Positions 57,420-64,000 of a DNA stretch of 64,000 bases are shown piece after piece. Origin of the DNA: the human T2T-CHM13v2.0 reference genome, Homo sapiens; the NCBI RefSeq assembly GCF_009914755.1, contig NC_060932.1; one strand, written 5' to 3'. The position numbers and the translations under genes are program-made. The number at the start of each line of letters is the position of its first letter. The stretch's first letter is position 1. The notes beneath the pieces are model-generated. The model saw only the letters and a list, made by a program, of their open reading frames with translations. It was not told the DNA's origin and ran no database searches.

Positions 57420-57790
57420 CTTTTATCCAGCAAGTCATGAAGCCACTGTGGGGATTTTTCCAGTGACTAAACATGCCTATCCCAATTACAGATTCAGGTA
57501 CTGGAGTGAAAAACACAGGATAGACCTCTGGACCCACTGGGCCCACTGTGAGTTTGACCTCAGTCTCCATCTATCACCAGAGCACTTTATGTTCCCTCTC
57601 TGGTGGACCACAGTGCAATTTTTGGTCCCCACAAATTAGTGTTCATTCAAAGTCAGGGCCTCGTAATCTCCAAAAGTTCTGCTCATTTTATTTTCCCCTA
57701 TGTAGTCACTCTTGTAAATGGCCACAGCCCTTTCAGGAAGGCTAGATGGAAGATTTATTGTGTGTACATATGGCAGTGGTCCATTATTGC
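57420..57790 (-). mobile_element. ERV-L internal fragment (protease region)
   Basis: Minus frame 57552-57433 reads LTVGPVGPEVYPVFFTPVPESVIGIGMFSHWKNPHSGFMT, matching remembered HERV-L LTVGPVGPRTHPVVISPVPECIIGIDILSSWQNPH. Upstream LWPFTRVT. Confidence 0.82.
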
Positions 57791-60109
57791 AGAACAGGTA
57801 GTAAAGAGTAAATTTGTAGCTGAGAGGCAATAAATTGATAACTGGCACAAAGTGTGAAGAGAATATAGAGCATTTCAAATGAAGGACTTAGACCATTATA
57901 ATAAAATGTGGCAAAATTTATATCAAAGACAATTTAGTCTCTAAGGAGAATAAATGTCAAATAAGAGGAATGCTTTCTTGAGGAGCAGATATTTGATGCC
58001 ATATTGTAAAACATTAGAAGAATATATTCACCCCTATTCAATAGTCTTATAAGGTTAATAATATCAAGGGATGTGTCCTAGAAATATTATCCATCCTACC
58101 AGGGTTGAAAGTATACTTGACACATAATAAGTTTGTACTGAATCTACTTCTCTTTTCGATGAGCTTAGAATGTACAAATATTTCTAATGATGAAACAGTA
58201 TGAAGGCACATGTTCTGTAGGGGAATAAAAGTTTCAGCTGTGTACATTTCTTATAAAAATAGTATTATTGTACTATAAGCACTTTAATAACTGCTTTTCA
58301 CCTCTCATTTAATCATGTCTGTTAACAACCTTCTATTACCATCAGATGACAAATATTTATCAGTTGTCCCCAAACAGATAAACCTTAGGAAATATATTGT
58401 TGTAGCCGACACTAATACTTTGTTAATGATAATTCAAATATTAATGAATCTAAAGTAAGTTGGAGTCTTCTTTATTGATGGAGTGTAGTTGAGAATAAAG
58501 GAAGAATGAGAAAAAAACAGTTTCATTATTTCTATATTCAAATATTCTGCAAATGATATATATCTCTGAGGTGAATGATAAAACGTGATTTTATACCACT
58601 ATGAAGGTGAAACTATCAAAAATATTTTCATTTCTTTACTTGATTGTAACTAAGCTATTTATTAGTTATTGTAAGGAAAACAGGAATATCTGCATTAATC
58701 GATTTGATGTATTTGTCCTTTATTTAGAAAAAACAAATAAATTGAGCACTTGTAAATCTCTCTGACCCAGTGTTTAATTAATCAAATCTAGTACATTTAA
58801 TAAGCAGAGATAATCCAAATGCTAAGCTTTGTATTTAATCAGTTTGTTGATAAATTGAACATTTAATAGATAGAACACATATAAGAACTGCTCTAGAATA
58901 TTATGTAGGCAATTTTCATAGCCAAAAAAGCAAATCAGTGAGCATATGTTACTAGCAGAGAGAAAACACAGAATTAAGCACATGGTCAATACATGTGTGT
59001 GCTTAATACCTGAACTAGTGAAAAAAGTGACAAATTTTCTCTATGCTAACCATTAAGTACTAAAGAATTTTTAATTAATTTATTACAGACTATACAAAAA
59101 GCCCCTGTATATTGTGGGTTACCTACATGCTCCATAGTCAAATTGAGTAAGATGCAACGAGTAGGTGACTCTAATTTTCAACAGGGTTTTCAGAAAAAAA
59201 AAAAAAAAAAAAAAGTATTTTAAGGCCATGCTACATGGCATGCTCTTATGCATATATCATGATCAATTGGATGTGGCTCGGTATTTTAGTTCTATTCAAA
59301 TTATGCACATGCACAACCGTTGTCATATAGATAAAAGCAGCTCTGAAATAATGGTGTTTGACAATGAACCTTATTTAGAGAAGCCATACAACCAGATAAT
59401 TAACACAACATGATAAGAGAATTGTGGTACTTTTTCCAAACCAGCTAAACTTATTTATGATGATAGAATCCAAATAAAATAAGCTTGGAAAGTAAGCGTT
59501 TAGGGAGTAAATTGTTTCCTAGCTTATTTTGTTAAAATAGTCAAATTGGCATGGAATTCCCAGAGATTTAGAATATACTCTACCAAAAATGCCCCACCAC
59601 CTTTGCGTACATCATCTAATGCTGACTCTTCCTATTTTTGCTGTTTTGCTTTTCTCTGTCACTGCATACAACGGAGACCACACTTAGCAGAATCTATTAA
59701 TTAACCAGGTTAGCTTTGAAATAAAATGAGAAGCTGTCTGTCATGTGAATCTAGCATGTCACTGCACAGAAACAACTCTCTTCCATCTATAAAAAGAAAT
59801 ACTCCATTTTCCTATACAGCTTTCTCTAGCAAAATATTTTGCTGACCAAACTTTGTTTCACTGTTTAAATGGTATTTCTATAAAATCTGTTTAGCAATGC
59901 ATTATTCAAGAAGTTAAGGTCTTTACTGGCAATATAGCAGGGAGACTAATGATGTTAGGATGGTAATTAATCTTCTTGGAAAAACTTAAGGTTTTATGCA
60001 TTTTTGTTACATCTAAAAAAAGATTTTATATTCCCCCAAGCATAATTGTGCCACCGATGTTTCTGAAACAAAATCAAGATGGGTAGAGGTAAAGAGTTAG
60101 CAAGTTTTT

Positions 60110-60254
60110 GGGTGGTTTTGGAAAAGGCAACATTCAAGTGGAGAAACAAGGATGTAAGTTCTCACTTTGGGCTGCAGTTTCAGGCTTGAGGGTGGGGTTT
60201 TGTTAGGGATCTGCCCTTTTCTGCCTAGAATTTCTCTGCTTCCTCTCCCTATCA
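60110..60254 (-). mobile_element. ERV1 LTR 5' fragment (MER61/MER50/MER52 group), truncated
   Basis: Reverse complement reads tgatagggagaggaagcagagaaattctaggcagaaaagggc...ccctcaagcctg...cccaaagtgagaacttacatcc...ttgccttttccaaaaccaccc. Confidence 0.8.
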
Positions 60255-60256
60255 AT

Positions 60257-61385
60257 AGCTTAGGAAATACCATTCTGGACACAGGCCCTGGCAAAGATTT
60301 CATGAAGAAAACACAAAAAGCAATTGCAACAAAAACAAAAATTGACAAATAGGGCCTAATTAAACTAAAAAGCTTCTGCACAGTAAAAGAAACTATCAAC
60401 ACAGTAAACAGATAACCTACCAAATGGGAGAATATATTTGCAACTATGTATCCAACAAAGGTCTAATATCCAGAATCTATAAGGAACATAAATAAATTTA
60501 CCTGAAAAAGCAAATGATCTCATTAAAAAGTGAGCAAAGACATAAACAGACACTTCTCAAAAGAAGACATAAACATGCCCAGCAAGCTTAATGAAAAATG
60601 CTTAACATCACTAATTATTAGAGAAATAAAAATCAAAACTACAATGTGATACCATCTCACACCAGTCAGAGTGGCTATTACTAAGAAGTCAAAAAGTAAT
60701 ATGGTGATGAGTCTATGGAGAAAACTGAATGCTCATACACTGTTGGTGGGCGTGTAAAACAGTTCAGTCTCTGTGGAAAACAGGCTGGAGATTTCTCAAG
60801 GAACTTAAAACAGAACTACCATTTGACCCAGCAATCCCATTACTGGGCATATACTCAATGGAAATAAAACATTTTACCAAAAAGATACATGCCTTCATAT
60901 GTTCATTGCAGTACTATTCACAATAGCAAAGACATGGAATCAACTTAGGAGCCCATCACTGGTGGACTGGAGAAAGAAAATCTGGTACACATACACCATG
61001 TAATACTATGCAGCCATACAAAAAAAAAAAAAAGATGAGATTATGTCCTTTGCACCAACATAGAGCTGTAGGCCATTATCTGAAGCGAATTAATGCAGGA
61101 AAAGAAGACCAAATACTGCATGTTCTCACTTATAAGTGGGAGATAAACATTGAGTACACATGGACACAAAGAAGGGAACAAAAGACACTGAGGTTTAATT
61201 CAGGGTGTAGGCTGGGAGGAGAGTAAAGATCAAAAACCACCTATCAGATACTATGCTTACTACCTGTGTCATAAGCATAATGTCTGTAACCTACTGGGTA
61301 CACCAAAGCCCCGTGACATGCAATTTACCTCTATAACAAACCTGCACTTGTACCCTTGAATCTAAAATAAAAGTTAAAAAAGTAA
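60257..61385 (+). mobile_element. L1PA15/16-type LINE-1 3' fragment
   Basis: LGNTILDTGPGKDFM...[14 protein letters not shown]. 3'UTR gtgacatgcaatttacctctataacaaacctgcac...ctaaaataaaagtt. Confidence 0.92.
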
Positions 61386-61731
61386 AATTTAAAAAGAGAA
61401 GGCTATAAAAACTAGGAAAACAATTTAGGAAATGCAAAATCTGACTTACAGCCATTCCAGAAAGAATGAAAAAAATGATCAAGAAAGTAACAGAAATGTT
61501 TTCTAGATCTAATATTTATGAATCTCCAAATTGAAAATACAATCTAATTACTTTGCACAACAAATTTTAAAAACCTAATGCCAAAGCACATAATTATCTG
61601 ATTTTTAAATGTTTCAGATAATAAGACTCTAACAGCTCACAGAAACAAAACAAGTCCTATTACAAGAACTGAAAAATCAAATAGAGTTCTCAACAAAAAA
61701 CAAATAGAGTCACTGGGATCTGGAAGACAAT

Positions 61732-62176
61732 TGTGATAGTAGCTTCATTTGTTACTTAACTGGATCATGCTATGCCTAGATATCTGGTTAAATATGATTT
61801 CTGCATGTGTCTATGAGGATGTTTCTGGAAGAGATTATCATTTGAATTACTAGACAGAGTAAAGAGAATTGCTCTCCCGAATGTGGGTAGGTCTCATCCA
61901 ATCAGTTCAGGGTGTGAATACAACAGAAAGGTGGAGGAAGATTGTATTCGCTGATCTCGCACGTTCCGTGCTCCTGGTTCTCAGGCATTCAGAGTCAGAA
62001 CAGAATCTATGTTATTAGCTTTCCAGCTTCCCAGGCCTTCTAACTACACCAGTGGCTTTCCTGGTTCTCCAGTTTGAAGATGGCAGATTGTGGAACTTCT
62101 CGTTTTCCATAACCTCATGAACGAATCCTTCATATAAGCCAATATCTCATGAGTCAATACCAGACACACAGACGCA

Positions 62177-62221
<45 letters not shown>

Positions 62222-62260
62222 TCTATTTGATTGTTTCTTTGGAGAATCCTCACTAATACA
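61732..62260 (+). mobile_element. MLT2 (MLT2B/C-like) ERVL solo LTR with (CA)n at ~62177-62220
   Basis: tgtgatagt...tgcctagatatctggttaaa...gtttctggaagagatta...aactacaccagtggctttcctggttctccag...ggagaatcctcactaataca. Confidence 0.85.
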
Positions 62261-62486
62261 AAGATGAATTGTTTTTATCATTCTGAGTAGAAATGCTTTT
62301 TTTCAAATATGACTTATATTGCTGGCCACATTATCAATCAAATGTGATAATATAATAAATGTTGTCATGTATAATGTCACACTTACCATCCGTACAGCTT
62401 CACAAAATTCTGAAATAATGTGTTCTTCCAAATATGTGTAACTAAACAAGGAGAGAAAGAGAAGAAGGGAGATCACACACACAGAA

Positions 62487-62549
62487 AAATCCCTAGAATA
62501 CTGACAAATCCCTAGAATACTGACAAATATAGAATACTGACAAATACTG
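62487..62549. repeat. Short tandem array, 19-bp unit aaatccctagaatactgac (2 perfect copies, a 17-bp variant, a partial)
   Basis: Read directly from the sequence. Confidence 0.9.
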
Positions 62550-62576
62550 TCCTGCTGTTCTTGAACAGCAGGACAG
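62547..62576. repeat. Perfect 14-bp inverted repeat with 2-nt loop
   Basis: ctgtcctgctgttc-tt-gaacagcaggacag. Confidence 0.95.
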
Positions 62577-63038
62577 CAAGTTCTAGAGAGCAAAGCATTT
62601 GAAACAGAGCAAGACATTAGAGGGCTTAAGAAAGGGGTATGAAATAAAATTATGTTTCTGCTTTAAAGCTTATAGGATATTAAATCACAATATCTTATAG
62701 AATTGGAAATGAATTAGCAAAGATAACACAAAAATAAAATAAACAAAAGGAAAATATAAAGACTAACTCCAGTAAAAATAAAAGTTATTCAAGGAGGAGA
62801 ATATAAGTATAGAACTGCTGGAATTTAATATCAGTATAATAACCAAAATACTGAATACGAATTTAACCAGAACCGAAGATGTAATTTTATGTGGAGGATG
62901 GATGAAGAAAAATGTGTGTTTGAAAGTGAGATAAAAATTTTTATCTCCCATTAAAAAAAATCACTTAAATGTTTACAAGTAAAGAATAAGGATATGTAAG
63001 AATTCTTTTTGTTTTGTCAACATATAGAGATAAATTTC

Positions 63039-63073
63039 AACACACACACACATACACACACACACACACACAA
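63039..63073. repeat. (CA)n microsatellite
   Basis: acacacacacacatacacacacacacacacaca. Confidence 0.9.
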
Positions 63074-64000
63074 ATAAATGCACACTTCTAAGTTATTTTC
63101 TTCTCTGAAAAGGAAAGTGTTGAGGAAGAGATGAGAGAGGAACTTTAGTCATTGTTATTGTTACTGACGTCGTATTGCCTTCTGCGTTTTAAGAGCTCAC
63201 ATTTCATAATGCGACAAAAATTTAAACTTAATGAAAATTAAAGAATGATTTAATGTTTTCAAAAATACTAAAATCAGTAACTTAAATACCTTTAATATTT
63301 AATCTGTCTGCTATCTGGAAATTACAGCAGTAAGTTTAACTTTTTTCATTAATTTGTGAGATACCCTCAACTCTCGATTTTTCATTAATTATCTTCAGCA
63401 AATTATTATCCCAGTTTGACATACCTTAGGTACTATCCTGCTTAAGGCCTCTTCTCTCCAATACTAGTTGGTAAATTCCCATGGAATGTAAATTGATTTT
63501 AATATTAATATTACAAAAAATATAATTAGGAAGTTGAACCTAGAGCACTATCATCAAACTTTTGCATAAAAACCCATAAATTTATGGGCGTCTTCTACAC
63601 CATAATGAAGATTTTTAAAAAGATGTATTTTTACTTATTTCATCTCTAATGGCATTATATTTAATGATTTATTGGGTTTTTAATGACATTATTAATATTA
63701 CATGATACTCATCTCTGGTAAAGTCCCCAAATAATTTGTATTAAAATGCTAAAAAATATTGCAGTGGAAGCAAAATTAAACACAATGAACAAATACAAGT
63801 CATAAAATATAATTTAAAATGCAATGAATTATTTACCTTTGAACACATCTGTAGGAAAATAATATACAGTCCCAAAATCTTTTTTTAAAAAGTCATGAAA
63901 TAACTGGTAAATATAAATAATGAGAAAAAAGTTTCTACCGTCAAATTCACAGAACACAGAAATTATTACAGTCATGCTATAATGTTGATGTGAGTACATT

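Noticed and set aside
59194-59214. Isolated poly-A(21) as a possible retrocopy tail
   Set aside because: No TSD and no recognisable transcript upstream.

Overview
AT-rich, gene-poor primate (Alu-containing, probably human or ape) genomic DNA made up mostly of interspersed repeats. It holds L1 elements of several ages (a 5'-inverted L1PB, a full-length L1PA15/16-type copy, L1MA/MB/MC/ME fragments), eight Alus (J, S, Y), MIR and L2 relics, many MaLR/ERVL/ERV1 LTRs, an internally deleted Tigger1 and a decayed ERV-L provirus with gag, integrase and dUTPase remnants. I found no supportable protein-coding exon or RNA gene. ORFs in the supplied track are repeat-derived or apparently chance frames. 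I see no convincing new biological system. The best second-look items are structural: up to three 5'-inverted L1s, a multiply nested ERV-L fossil, a gapless ~81% identical pair of MIR cores 1940 bp apart, and two fold-back/templated-synthesis scars. Subfamily names come from remembered consensus sequences and need RepeatMasker/Dfam confirmation. Boundaries of old elements are approximate.
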